DNA of 58,154 nt from a virus (IMGVR_UViG_3300001838_000086:1-58154); one strand, 5' to 3'. Positions 20,537-29,178 are shown, counted from the stretch's first letter. Notes: generated by a model from the letters alone, not told the origin. Program-made: numbers and translations.

Positions 20537-22497
20537 TACTCTTCTTCGTCATCTTCCCATTTTTTCACTACATCAAACTCATTTCTAACAAGTTCTCTAG
20601 CATCTCTAACTGTCATACCAGCGAATTTTCTCAACTCCTCTATGGTTTTACCCTTAGTCCAATTAAAATCTATCGCGGTTTGTAGTGTTTTTTTGACAAC
20701 CTCAAAGTTTGTTGGTGTAATTCCATCAGGAAAACTCTTTTTTGACATACTTGTGCCACTACCACTAGCAGGGAATCCACCAGCCACGCCACCAATATCA
20801 GATGGTCTACCTAATTTAGGTTCACCTTGCATGTTTTGTCTACCTTCTTTAGGTGAAGCAGTTCCTCTGCCCCTACCTAAACGAGCTTCTGCATCGGCTC
20901 TCATCATTTCTTCTGTAGACATGGCTGTATTTTTACTCACTTTAAATTCACCAGTGTGTGTTCTTGTAATTTCAAAGCCCATTTGTTGTAGTATTGCCAT
21001 ATTTTGTATTTCAACACCCTGAGTTTGTAAATCTCTCAATTTATCGTTCTCTTCTCCAGCTTTTAATTGTAAAACCCAATCATCAATGTTCAAAGTCTCT
21101 GCAACTTTGTCGAAAAATGCCTTTGTAAGTATATCCTGACCCCACTTTACTGCCCTATTGGTAATAGTAACTTGTAATCCCTCTTGTGACCAACCACCTA
21201 CCATCTCACCATAATACAGTGGTAAAACACCATAAATAGCACCAATCATCTGTCTTAATTCTTTTCTAACTTCAATAAATTCTAATTCTCTCAACGAACC
21301 AGTAAAGTCTAACCATTGAGCCATGTTTTTACCACCTTTATCAGATTCTACCATAAGTGGGTGAATCATGTAGGGGTCTTCAGCGGCTCGTTGTTCTAAT
21401 TCGTTCCAAGACTTTCTAAATGTCTCATAGTTTCTACTTGCAATAACTAGCATACCTCTTGGTGGTCTCATTTTATCGAAATACTTTCTAACGTATTCAT
21501 CCATATGAGATAAAGTCATAGCTTTACTCCATATAGCATAAATTGGAGAAAATCCATAAACTAGAGATGGTTTGTATTTACCAGCCTTCCAAATTACTTC
21601 ACCTTCACCATAAATAACGCTTTTTGGCTGTGGTGTACCGATAGAATAGACAGAATTAACTTCAATAATAGCCTTTAGAGCCTCTACTGGTTGAGAATGA
21701 ATTCCATCAGTGGTAACTTCACATAATGGTTTGTTTAATCTCTTTCTACGATGTTCAAAATGAGGACATACGAATATTGGCTCATGTTTATCATTATATC
21801 CTAGTCTACCATCACTATCACATATTACTGCTACTTGTGGTGGGTCTAGTCTAAGCAATTCTTTGATTTCCGTACCATTTGGATTGATCTTACCAGTTGC
21901 ATCACTAATACTATAACTCTTTAATAACAATAGATATGCGTTATCAGCTATTTCCAAGTCTCTTTCTAATTGTCTAGATAAATCCTCTAATGTCTGACCG
22001 TTACCGTTTACAGATTTTTTCATTAGGTTCTCTAATTTCAATCTGTGTTCTGGAACTGGTCTTCTTAATTTATCACTACCACAAGTATCACACTGCATAG
22101 CAGATTGATCAATATTAGCCTTTGATTTTGGTATTGCATTACCAGCATTATCCTGATTTTGCTCAAATGGTTGATCATCTGGTCTTTCACTTACAAGTGG
22201 GGCATATTGGAATTCTTTACCACAATTCTCACACTTGTACTTCCAACGTTCTACTACTTCAAAACCGTTTTTGAACATTTCACGATTTAAAGTCTCAATA
22301 GGTATTCTCAATGCATCAATGTTATCGGCTAACTCATAAAGCATCATAAGAGGGAATGGGAAAATAGGTAATTTAGCACCACTATCTGTAGACATATAGG
22401 GCGTGGTTATACTAGGTCGTATAGTACCTTCAGTCTGAGATTTATTAATGTTTATAAGAGATTTGGCTACATTACTAAAATAATCTCTAACACCCAT
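20536..22497 (-). CDS. portal protein
   Basis: 653 aa; DLEIADNAY, YGFSPI, YFDKMRPPRGML, IGAIYGVLP portal motifs; CxxC insertions. Confidence 0.9.
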   Translation of the reverse strand: MGVRDYFSNVAKSLININKSQTEGTIRPSITTPYMSTDSGAKLPIFPFPLMMLYELADNIDALRIPIETLNREMFKNGFEVVERWKYKCENCGKEFQYAPLVSERPDDQPFEQNQDNAGNAIPKSKANIDQSAMQCDTCGSDKLRRPVPEHRLKLENLMKKSVNGNGQTLEDLSRQLERDLEIADNAYLLLLKSYSISDATGKINPNGTEIKELLRLDPPQVAVICDSDGRLGYNDKHEPIFVCPHFEHRRKRLNKPLCEVTTDGIHSQPVEALKAIIEVNSVYSIGTPQPKSVIYGEGEVIWKAGKYKPSLVYGFSPIYAIWSKAMTLSHMDEYVRKYFDKMRPPRGMLVIASRNYETFRKSWNELEQRAAEDPYMIHPLMVESDKGGKNMAQWLDFTGSLRELEFIEVRKELRQMIGAIYGVLPLYYGEMVGGWSQEGLQVTITNRAVKWGQDILTKAFFDKVAETLNIDDWVLQLKAGEENDKLRDLQTQGVEIQNMAILQQMGFEITRTHTGEFKVSKNTAMSTEEMMRADAEARLGRGRGTASPKEGRQNMQGEPKLGRPSDIGGVAGGFPASGSGTSMSKKSFPDGITPTNFEVVKKTLQTAIDFNWTKGKTIEELRKFAGMTVRDARELVRNEFDVVKKWEDDEEE

Positions 22498-22553
22498 ATA
22501 TAATTCAACGTATGGTGATTAATAAACTTTGTTAAAAAAGTGTTAAAATCTTG

Positions 22554-22709
22554 TTACCTATGTATAGGGCAAGATGGGTGTCTAGAGCCATCACAGTAGC
22601 ACTCTTCTTTTTTAGCTTTATGAATCTCACAAGAGCCTGAAGAACAAGTACATTTTGGTTTGCTCTTTACCTGAAATTCCTTCTTAGGGAATTCGTCTTC
22701 AAATGACAT
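22554..22709 (-). CDS. Cys/His-rich microprotein
   Basis: 51 aa from ATG 22709; duplicated CxC..SCxIH. Confidence 0.55.
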   Translation of the reverse strand: MSFEDEFPKKEFQVKSKPKCTCSSGSCEIHKAKKEECYCDGSRHPSCPIHR

Positions 22710-22750
22710 ATAATCAAGAATATATTTAAAGCATATAAAGATTTGGTAAT

Positions 22751-22816
22751 TGCCTAGTAGTGTGAGTTTGCATACCCTGAGAATTGGGTGGAGTGGAGTA
22801 ACTAACCACCTAGGCA
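22751..22816 (+). ncRNA. candidate small cloverleaf-like structured RNA
   Basis: TGCCTAG/CTAGGCA closing stem enclosing three hairpins; intergenic and GC-rich; strand uncertain. Confidence 0.35.
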
Positions 22817-22846
22817 CGATTTATATAGAAGTAGCACTATTGTATA

Positions 22847-23032
22847 ATGATGAATTGTTGCAAAGACGTTTGTTTACGAACAAAAATCAAGTCAAAAGGC
22901 TACGCAAAAGACATTAAAAGATGTACTATTTGTGAGGTCTTCTTCAGAACAGAAGGTAACAGATGCCCATGTTGTAATGCAAAACTCAGAATAAACAGTC
23001 GCTGGTATAGAAAAGTGGCTCATTATTACTGA
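22847..23032 (+). CDS. Zn-finger microprotein
   Basis: CxxxC..CxxC..RCPCC; similar to 36670-36852; TTTATATA upstream. Confidence 0.65.
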   Translation: MMNCCKDVCLRTKIKSKGYAKDIKRCTICEVFFRTEGNRCPCCNAKLRINSRWYRKVAHYY

Positions 23033-23064
23033 ATGTATTTAAATGGGTTTAAATACTATTTTTT

Positions 23065-23232
23065 ATGGTCGAATTAGAAGCAGAGGACTATCTAAACATA
23101 CTTAGATGGTTTGAATCTAGGTTTTCCAATACACTCCCAGAAAACATACCTATTAAACACAAAAGAACGTTTTGGAAACTTACGTTTCTAGCCGAAGACA
23201 AGACAAAACAGGATAAATTAGAGCAAAACTAA
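23065..23232 (+). CDS. hypothetical microprotein (55 aa)
   Basis: Not in track; MVELEAEDYLNILRWF...; TTTAAAT boxes upstream. Confidence 0.55.
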   Translation: MVELEAEDYLNILRWFESRFSNTLPENIPIKHKRTFWKLTFLAEDKTKQDKLEQN

Positions 23233-23258
23233 ATATAACCCCACCACTATACTATATT

Positions 23259-23357
23259 GACTGTCAGGGATTACCTCTTGTGTCATAAAGGTAGCCCTCT
23301 TAAGTCCGTTCTCACAGGTCGTGAGTGGGTTGAAGACGTAACATTCAGCCCTTTTTT
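23259..23357 (+). ncRNA. candidate three-hairpin small RNA ending in U-tract
   Basis: Stems AGGG..TACCT/AGGTA..CCCT, CTCAC/GTGAG and GGGTTGAA/TTCAGCCC followed by T6; TATA-like box at ~23230. Confidence 0.35.
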
Positions 23358-23407
23358 CAAAATAATTTGCGAAGCAAAATTTTTCTTGGTAACATTTATA
23401 TGTGTCT

Positions 23408-23424
23408 ATCAGGTTCTACCTGAT
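23408..23424. repeat. palindrome ATCAGGT-N3-ACCTGAT, copy 1
   Basis: Between the TATA box and ATG of the MTase gene. Confidence 0.8.
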
Positions 23425-24004
23425 GATGGTCGATTCGTGGGGTGCGAGGCATTTTGGCGGCTACGCTGGCGTTAAACATACTGCAAAACACATCGTAGCA
23501 CAAGTTCCGAATATGAGCAAGTATAATACGTGGGTTGAGCCTTTTAGTGGACTTGGAAGAACTGCCGAACATATTGTCAGGCAAAACCTGACACTTATAT
23601 TGAATGACAAATCCGAATATGCGAATAATTACTGTAAAGAGCATTTTCCAAATGCCATAGTTGAAAATATGGACTTTATGGAAACTATAAACAAGTATGA
23701 TAGTCCTACGACATTCTTTTTGATTGATCCACCTTGGCGTTATCATGCTTATTCTTTGAATAATTTGGCTTTTTGTGATAGAAAGGTTGTTGTTTATTAT
23801 AGGGAATTATTGGAAAGAATCAAGACCCTACAGGGTGACTGGTTTCTACTTTCTGATGCCGCTGAGAGAGAGAATTATCACACTTTGACTAAAAGTGGAT
23901 GGGGTACTAGGGTTGTAATGAGTGAAAAGAAGGTATTGTTTGGGTTATATGCCAAGACTTTGATTTGTTCTAATCTGTTTATCAGGTCTCAACCTGATAT
24001 CTAA
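23423..24004 (+). CDS. DNA adenine methyltransferase (Dam/D12-like)
   Basis: YAGVK, WVEPFSGLG (motif I), ILND, FLIDPPW (motif IV). Confidence 0.85.
   Translation: MMVDSWGARHFGGYAGVKHTAKHIVAQVPNMSKYNTWVEPFSGLGRTAEHIVRQNLTLILNDKSEYANNYCKEHFPNAIVENMDFMETINKYDSPTTFFLIDPPWRYHAYSLNNLAFCDRKVVVYYRELLERIKTLQGDWFLLSDAAERENYHTLTKSGWGTRVVMSEKKVLFGLYAKTLICSNLFIRSQPDI
23981..23998. repeat. palindrome ATCAGGT-N4-ACCTGAT, copy 2
   Basis: At 3' end of the MTase gene. Confidence 0.8.
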
Positions 24005-24016
24005 ACAAATATATAG

Positions 24017-24211
24017 GTGTATAGATATAATAATACCATGGTTAAGACATGGCAAGTTGGAGTAATTACATTCCTGATTTGCAGTTTAATTTTTTCGCCA
24101 ATCGGCATAATTATAGCGATAGTTATGTATAAGCGTTCTCAACGCCCGCAAAAACCCGATGCAGAAAAACTGCGAAAGGAATATAAAGTACTATGGGATG
24201 ATATGGTGTGA
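24017..24211 (+). CDS. small membrane protein
   Basis: Hydrophobic segment; likely true start MVKTW at 24038. Confidence 0.6.
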   Translation: MYRYNNTMVKTWQVGVITFLICSLIFSPIGIIIAIVMYKRSQRPQKPDAEKLRKEYKVLWDDMV

Positions 24212-24405
24212 TGAGTATCTTTTCAAAAAGAAATCTTGAAAACACTATTTGCATGGCTTGTGGTTTGCCTTTTATAAAACACACCAAAGATCGTGCTACG
24301 AAATTTTCCGCCAAGGCATTGATGAAATGTATGATGAGAGTACAGGCTTCATATGCTCTGGATATGGATAAATTAAAAATGGAGAAAAAAAATGAGAGTG
24401 GGTGA
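24208..24405 (+). CDS. hypothetical Zn-binding microprotein
   Basis: CMAC..H..C; overlaps neighbouring ORFs. Confidence 0.55.
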   Translation: MMSIFSKRNLENTICMACGLPFIKHTKDRATKFSAKALMKCMMRVQASYALDMDKLKMEKKNESG

Positions 24406-24583
24406 TCCAGATTATGAGATTATGGCTCTCATGTTTGTTTATTGTCCCTGCCGCAAGTGTACTGAGAAATATGATCGGATTCTTTTACCTATTGAGGAAC
24501 TATGGGAATCTAACAAGTATTTGAAAACTGTGAGGGATAATCCTGATCATTTTCTAGCCGATTTGAAATTTATCAGGTCTTGA
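24392..24583 (+). CDS. hypothetical microprotein
   Basis: CPCRKC motif; overlaps upstream ORF. Confidence 0.5.
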   Translation: MRVGDPDYEIMALMFVYCPCRKCTEKYDRILLPIEELWESNKYLKTVRDNPDHFLADLKFIRS

Positions 24584-24589
24584 CCTGAT
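24572..24589. repeat. palindrome ATCAGGT-N4-ACCTGAT, copy 3
   Basis: Overlaps stop of ORF 24392-24583. Confidence 0.8.
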
Positions 24590-24744
24590 TTGTATCGGAT
24601 TTGTATCCGTAAAACCCCCATTTTTTGACTTTTTTCTATGTCTACTTGGAACGCCAATCTTACGTTCTAAACGCTGTGGAAATGTTCTATTTATATGTTA
24701 TTAGTATAAAAAGGGGGGATAGGATTTAGGTATTATATACCGTT

Positions 24745-24942
24745 TTAAATCCTAATGTAGAGTGAGGTCACGGCTTGTTTCGAGCCTAAGTGTTTATTCA
24801 AGACAGAAGCCTTGATACACTTTTGGTCGTGACCGCTCTTAGATACTTCAGTTTCTATGAAGTGAAGCACTTCAATGAGAGCATTCGCAAAGTTCTCGAA
24901 TGCTTCATCTCGTGCACTTTCATAGTCGAGTGCAGAAGTCAT
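24745..24942 (-). CDS. putative immediate-early protein
   Basis: Preceded on the minus strand by the AATCAAACCG + TATA motif (~24965-24987). Confidence 0.65.
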   Translation of the reverse strand: MTSALDYESARDEAFENFANALIEVLHFIETEVSKSGHDQKCIKASVLNKHLGSKQAVTSLYIRI

Positions 24943-25067
24943 AATATATCAAATACAGTAATAGTATATAACATCATCGGTTTGATTAGGATATGATAGA
25001 TTATTGCAAAGTCCTCACACCAGACCCGCCTTGAATAAGGGTTATTAAAGGTTATACTCATGCCTGT

Positions 25068-25095
25068 GATAATCAAACCTATGAGGTTATATAGT
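25068..25095 (+). promoter_or_regulatory. early promoter motif GATAATCAAACC-N-TATA (also at ~25538, ~25873, ~26737 on + and ~24987 on -)
   Basis: Five copies, each followed by a TATA-like box and a start codon or RNA 5' end roughly 20-30 nt later. Confidence 0.7.
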
Positions 25096-25115
25096 ATGAT
25101 AACACTAGGTATAAC

Positions 25116-25460
25116 ATGACTTCCACAAGAAGCGATATAGTATTTGATAACACAACATCAAAGGCTATCTCGGCACTAACTGAGATTCAAAACTATCTCG
25201 AATACGAGTTAGATTTGATTCAGGCATCACTAGAAGGATTGAATTCCTTTAACATTGATACTGAATCCGTCTTGGATAAAGTATCAACATTAGTGCATGA
25301 CTTAAGCGATTTGAATGGTCGTCAAAACACTGAGTTTACTCATGCTTTGGCAGTCGCTTTCAAGAATGTCTTGCACTTGGAAAACTTCTGGGAAGATGAA
25401 TCGAATTGGGAAGGTCTGTCTGCTAAGCAATATCTTGGCAGTCAAGACCTTTATTCCTAA
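25116..25460 (+). CDS. acidic helical early protein
   Basis: 114 aa; own promoter and downstream T-tract. Confidence 0.7.
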   Translation: MTSTRSDIVFDNTTSKAISALTEIQNYLEYELDLIQASLEGLNSFNIDTESVLDKVSTLVHDLSDLNGRQNTEFTHALAVAFKNVLHLENFWEDESNWEGLSAKQYLGSQDLYS

Positions 25461-25575
25461 ACTCTTTTTTTTATTATACTAACCATAACCTTTATCTACC
25501 CTTGTTTTGTACGCCGCCTTATATACTATGCCTATATGATAATCAAACCGACAGTATTATATGCTATGATGGATA

Positions 25576-25776
25576 TTGAGAAGTATGAATGAGCCAACTA
25601 CAAGATACAAGGAAACTTGTGGGCATATCTTTGTTTGCCCCAAGTGTGACACTCCTCTAATTGAGGATAAGAGGGCAAGAATGGAAACTAACACAAAGTA
25701 TGTCAAGTTCTATAATTGCCCCCATGATCATTCGTTTATCGAAACTTGGTCAAGGACAAACTTTGAGGAGTTTTAA
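25576..25776 (+). CDS. Zn-ribbon early protein
   Basis: CPKC...CPHDH; own promoter and T-tract. Confidence 0.65.
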   Translation: MRSMNEPTTRYKETCGHIFVCPKCDTPLIEDKRARMETNTKYVKFYNCPHDHSFIETWSRTNFEEF

Positions 25777-25918
25777 CCCTCTCTTTTTATTGTGCTATCA
25801 TAACCTTTAACTACCCTCATTATAGAGCAACCTTTATATACCCTTAGTTGTACGCGGGCGATTAGGCATATGGATAATCAAACCGATAGTGTTAAATAGT
25901 ATTATGGGTATTAGTAAT

Positions 25919-26253
25919 TAGTCAAGTAGTTCTGCTACTTGATTAGGGTAAAGTGGGTTTCTGATATTTCCCACTGTTTTCAGGCTTTAGAGAGTTGAAG
26001 CACCCGATAACTCTCAACTTAAAGTAATGGAGCTCTAGGTGGGTGGAATGACACCAAGGGCGGGCACACGAAAGAGGCAAGGAATGATTTCTGACAGAAA
26101 AGGGCTTCTTATCAGTGTGATAAGAACTGTTGTATGGTATGCAACAGAGCCCGCTACAAAGATAAGAGCTACAGCCAAAAGGCACAAGAACGAGGCGTTT
26201 ACAGCGTAGGCTATGGCTTACGGAAGTATAGGCACGCCTACCATTACTTTTTT
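25919..26253 (+). ncRNA. candidate ~330-nt highly structured non-coding RNA
   Basis: Early promoter upstream, T6 tract downstream, no credible ORF, many nested stems including AAAGTAATGG (26021-30) / CCATTACTTT (26241-50). Confidence 0.65.
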
Positions 26254-26265
26254 ACTATTCGCCCT

Positions 26266-26567
26266 AACCTTTATATACCGTTATTATTGACATACTCCAA
26301 CAACAACCTTTATATACCCTTATTCCAGACCAGAACCTTTATATACCCTCAGTTCGAACATAACCTTTATATACCGTCACTTTAGAGTTGTACACGCGAT
26401 TCGTGGTGGGGTGGCGATACCTTTATATACCGTTAAAAAAAAATAAAAACCTTTATATACCCTTGTATGAGCCATAACCTTTATATACCCTTGCTATGCC
26501 CATGTAGGCTATATATAGGTTTCGGTCTATTGTATAAAAAAAATACGATAGAAACCTTAATATACCG
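26266..26567 (+). repeat. array of AACCTTTATATACC(C/G) direct repeats (BRE-TATA-like / iteron-like)
   Basis: Copies at 26266, 26305, 26334, 26362, 26418, 26448, 26476, 26553; inverted variant ~26508-26522; further variants at 25487, 25802, 25829, 26709. Confidence 0.9.
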
Positions 26568-26780
26568 TTGGCGGTGCTGTATAGTATAGTATTCTAGGAA
26601 TCAATCAGATCTATTATATGACAATATTATTGTGAGTATAGTTATTGGTGTGTATTATAGTGGTTATAGTGATTATGTATGATACTGACTACGGGTTAGC
26701 GGGTGCGAAACCTTTATAAGCCCTTGTTTTTGCCGAAATCAAACCGAAGGCTTTAATAACTTTGACCGCGCAAAATCGCC

Positions 26781-28073
26781 ATGCCCCAAAGCATAACCGA
26801 CCAAACGGCAAACACAGAGAGCACCATTGTTTTGAATGAGGGTGAACGTATCCTTAATGGTGTCAATGGTTTGCAAGATGTATATTATAGGTCTCCAGAC
26901 CTATATCTAACAATGGAACGAACCGAAGAAGGTTTACTTCTATTCCTTAGAAGTGAATTCCTTGCTAGATATATATTGGAACATGGAACAAATCCAACAT
27001 TCTATGGTAGTAGATACCAACTCACTAGAAATAGTGTAGGTATGAGTGAAGATAATGGGTTTGTTAGATATATCCCAGCTCGTATATATAACAATAGAGT
27101 TCGTGGATATATAACTATACCATTCCACAATGTCTTATATGATATGAGTGATGGTATGGTAATAAACCAACAAGAAAGAGAAAGAAATGCTAGAAATTTC
27201 TCTAGGGGTGTACAAGTATTGTATACTCAACCAATACCTGAGACCTCTTTCAGAACAATTCGTATTGATATTCTGAGAGGATATGAGGAATTTATTAGAG
27301 ACATACAACGTGAATACATGTCTACTCATAGTGGATATAACTATCCATTAGTTAATCTCTCTATGAAATCAATACCACGAAAAAAGAATGGCACATTTAT
27401 AAAAGATGGTGTCATCTACAAAAAGATAACAGCTGTTAATACAGTAGCAGTTGAGTTCGAGGGATTCTGGTTTGATGGACATGTCCCAGATGGTGTGTAT
27501 AGTGATTGTAGTGTATCAAATGGACTACGACCTAGATGCCAATGTGAAGATAGAGATGCATGTCCCTCATGTAATGGTGTAATAGGTGAAGCAACTAGTG
27601 GCATATGCACACCTGATACCATAGATGAATGGATGGGATTGAATCACCCAGATAAAGTTGATGCATCATGTGGTATGCATGTACATGTAGGATTCAACAA
27701 TGACCTGTTAGCATACAGTAAACTCATGACACCTACATTCCATAGATACTTCCTCAAACGATTCAATGATTGGGGTAAGCGTATGAATATCAATGAGGGA
27801 TCTAGGTTCTGGGTAAGAATGCAGGGGCAGAATAGATTTGCTATGGATAAATTCCGTGCAACAAAACAATACCTCATGACACACAAAAGCGTAGAGAGAT
27901 ATACATTCCTCAACTTCTGTTGGGGTCTGCATGGAACATTAGAGAATCGTATGCTACCTATGTTCAATGAGTCACGAATAGCTGTGAGTGCAGTACATGA
28001 GTTCATTGATATAGTGAATTCATATCTAGCAGAGAACATAGATGAAGCATACTCTTACGAGGTGGTAGCGTAA
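26781..28073 (+). CDS. putative amidoligase (COOH-NH2 ligase, Amidoligase_2-like)
   Basis: VAVEFEG, D.S, CGMHVHVG, RYTFLNF, GTLENR motifs. Confidence 0.8.
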   Translation: MPQSITDQTANTESTIVLNEGERILNGVNGLQDVYYRSPDLYLTMERTEEGLLLFLRSEFLARYILEHGTNPTFYGSRYQLTRNSVGMSEDNGFVRYIPARIYNNRVRGYITIPFHNVLYDMSDGMVINQQERERNARNFSRGVQVLYTQPIPETSFRTIRIDILRGYEEFIRDIQREYMSTHSGYNYPLVNLSMKSIPRKKNGTFIKDGVIYKKITAVNTVAVEFEGFWFDGHVPDGVYSDCSVSNGLRPRCQCEDRDACPSCNGVIGEATSGICTPDTIDEWMGLNHPDKVDASCGMHVHVGFNNDLLAYSKLMTPTFHRYFLKRFNDWGKRMNINEGSRFWVRMQGQNRFAMDKFRATKQYLMTHKSVERYTFLNFCWGLHGTLENRMLPMFNESRIAVSAVHEFIDIVNSYLAENIDEAYSYEVVA

Positions 28074-28075
28074 AC

Positions 28076-28903
28076 ATGTGCGTTATCATTCTCTGTGAGA
28101 GAGAGTTTCCTAGTGTAGATACCTTGAAGAGTGCCGAAGCTATGAATGGTCATGGTGGTGGTATTGCTTGGGTAGATAAAACAGGCAAGGTTATGTATCA
28201 TAAAGCTCTAGGGGCTGATGAGATACAACATATAATAGAAACAGAAGCACAACTACCAGCCATAGTTCACTTCCGTATCGCTAGTATTGGTCATGTGAGT
28301 GATGAGTTATGTCACCCATTCCCAATCACAGATGATAGTGAGGTGTCTCTTAGTGGTGAGTGTGATAGTGTTCTATTCCACAACGGAACGTGGGGTGAAT
28401 GGGACACTCATCTATTGAGTGCAATCACTAGTGGTAAATTACCCATGCCAAAAGATACCAAGCATATGTCAGATAGTAGATGTATGGCATTACTAGCTAA
28501 CACATATGGTAAGAACATTCTTAACCTGATAGCTGGTAAGTCAAATAAAATTGCAGTGCTATCTATCAATGGCATAGAGAAGTTTGGTGAAGGCTGGGTC
28601 ACACACAAATCTAATACATGTAGCAACGACTACTTCGTAAAGAGAGAGACTGTGTTTACCTATGACCCAATGAGTAAGGCATACTCATATACAATAGCCA
28701 ACAACGACAACACACAACACCATAACAAGAAGAAGAAAAAGAAAGGTAAGAACAAAACCTTTCAAGATTATTCTTGGAAAGATTGGGAGTATTCCCTTAA
28801 CAATGGTAAAGACAATGACGTTGATAAAGACATGGCTATTAGTAATGCATATGATGAGTATTGTTCCATGTATGATAAGATGTATGAAGGTGGTCAACAA
28901 TGA
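28076..28903 (+). CDS. class II (Ntn) glutamine amidotransferase
   Basis: N-terminal MC nucleophile, NGHGGG, HFRIASIG, CHPF, FHNGT, SDS. Confidence 0.88.
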   Translation: MCVIILCEREFPSVDTLKSAEAMNGHGGGIAWVDKTGKVMYHKALGADEIQHIIETEAQLPAIVHFRIASIGHVSDELCHPFPITDDSEVSLSGECDSVLFHNGTWGEWDTHLLSAITSGKLPMPKDTKHMSDSRCMALLANTYGKNILNLIAGKSNKIAVLSINGIEKFGEGWVTHKSNTCSNDYFVKRETVFTYDPMSKAYSYTIANNDNTQHHNKKKKKKGKNKTFQDYSWKDWEYSLNNGKDNDVDKDMAISNAYDEYCSMYDKMYEGGQQ

Positions 28904-29178
28904 ATAGCACACAAATGATAGTTAACGCATTGATAGAGGCTGATAGTAAACTCTATTCATATCAATGTCCATACCTAGCACTAGCAGATGTGCTAGGTTA
29001 TATAACGCCTCAATGTATCCATGCTTTACCATCAAGATTTGGTCGCATATCTACCAAGCGTATGCTATTAAATTATGGGGTAGGTATAGCTAAGGCTAGT
29101 ATGATATGGAAGATGTTAGAGCATGGATACACATTAAAAGAAATAGCAGAAAAAATTAGGAGTGATGAATATGATTAA
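28900..29178 (+). CDS. hypothetical protein (HhH-like GVGIAKA)
   Basis: ATGA-coupled ORF. Confidence 0.55.
   Translation: MNSTQMIVNALIEADSKLYSYQCPYLALADVLGYITPQCIHALPSRFGRISTKRMLLNYGVGIAKASMIWKMLEHGYTLKEIAEKIRSDEYD

Noticed and set aside
22751-22816. canonical tRNA gene
   Set aside because: No T-loop GTTCRA, no D-loop GG and no 7-nt anticodon loop.
25919-26253. RNase P RNA, SRP RNA or group I/II intron
   Set aside because: Size fits and ACAGAAA is present, but I could not find the RNase P GAGGAAAGUCC/P4 pairing, the SRP helix 8 motif or intron core motifs; left unclassified.
25943-26385. ORFs 25943-26185 (-) and 26134-26385 (+)
   Set aside because: They overlap the structured RNA and the repeat array; NLYIP repeats simply translate the DNA motif.
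26266-26567. CRISPR or mini-CRISPR array
   Set aside because: Repeats are only ~15 bp and most spacers ~13-15 bp and low-complexity; the repeat matches a TATA promoter motif. The Cas4-like gene is distant and stand-alone.
28215-28245. additional hammerheads at other CTGATGA sites (also ~31688, ~35201, ~38425)
   Set aside because: No stem II + GAAA + stem III + NUH arrangement; all lie inside coding sequence. My scan was by eye and not exhaustive.
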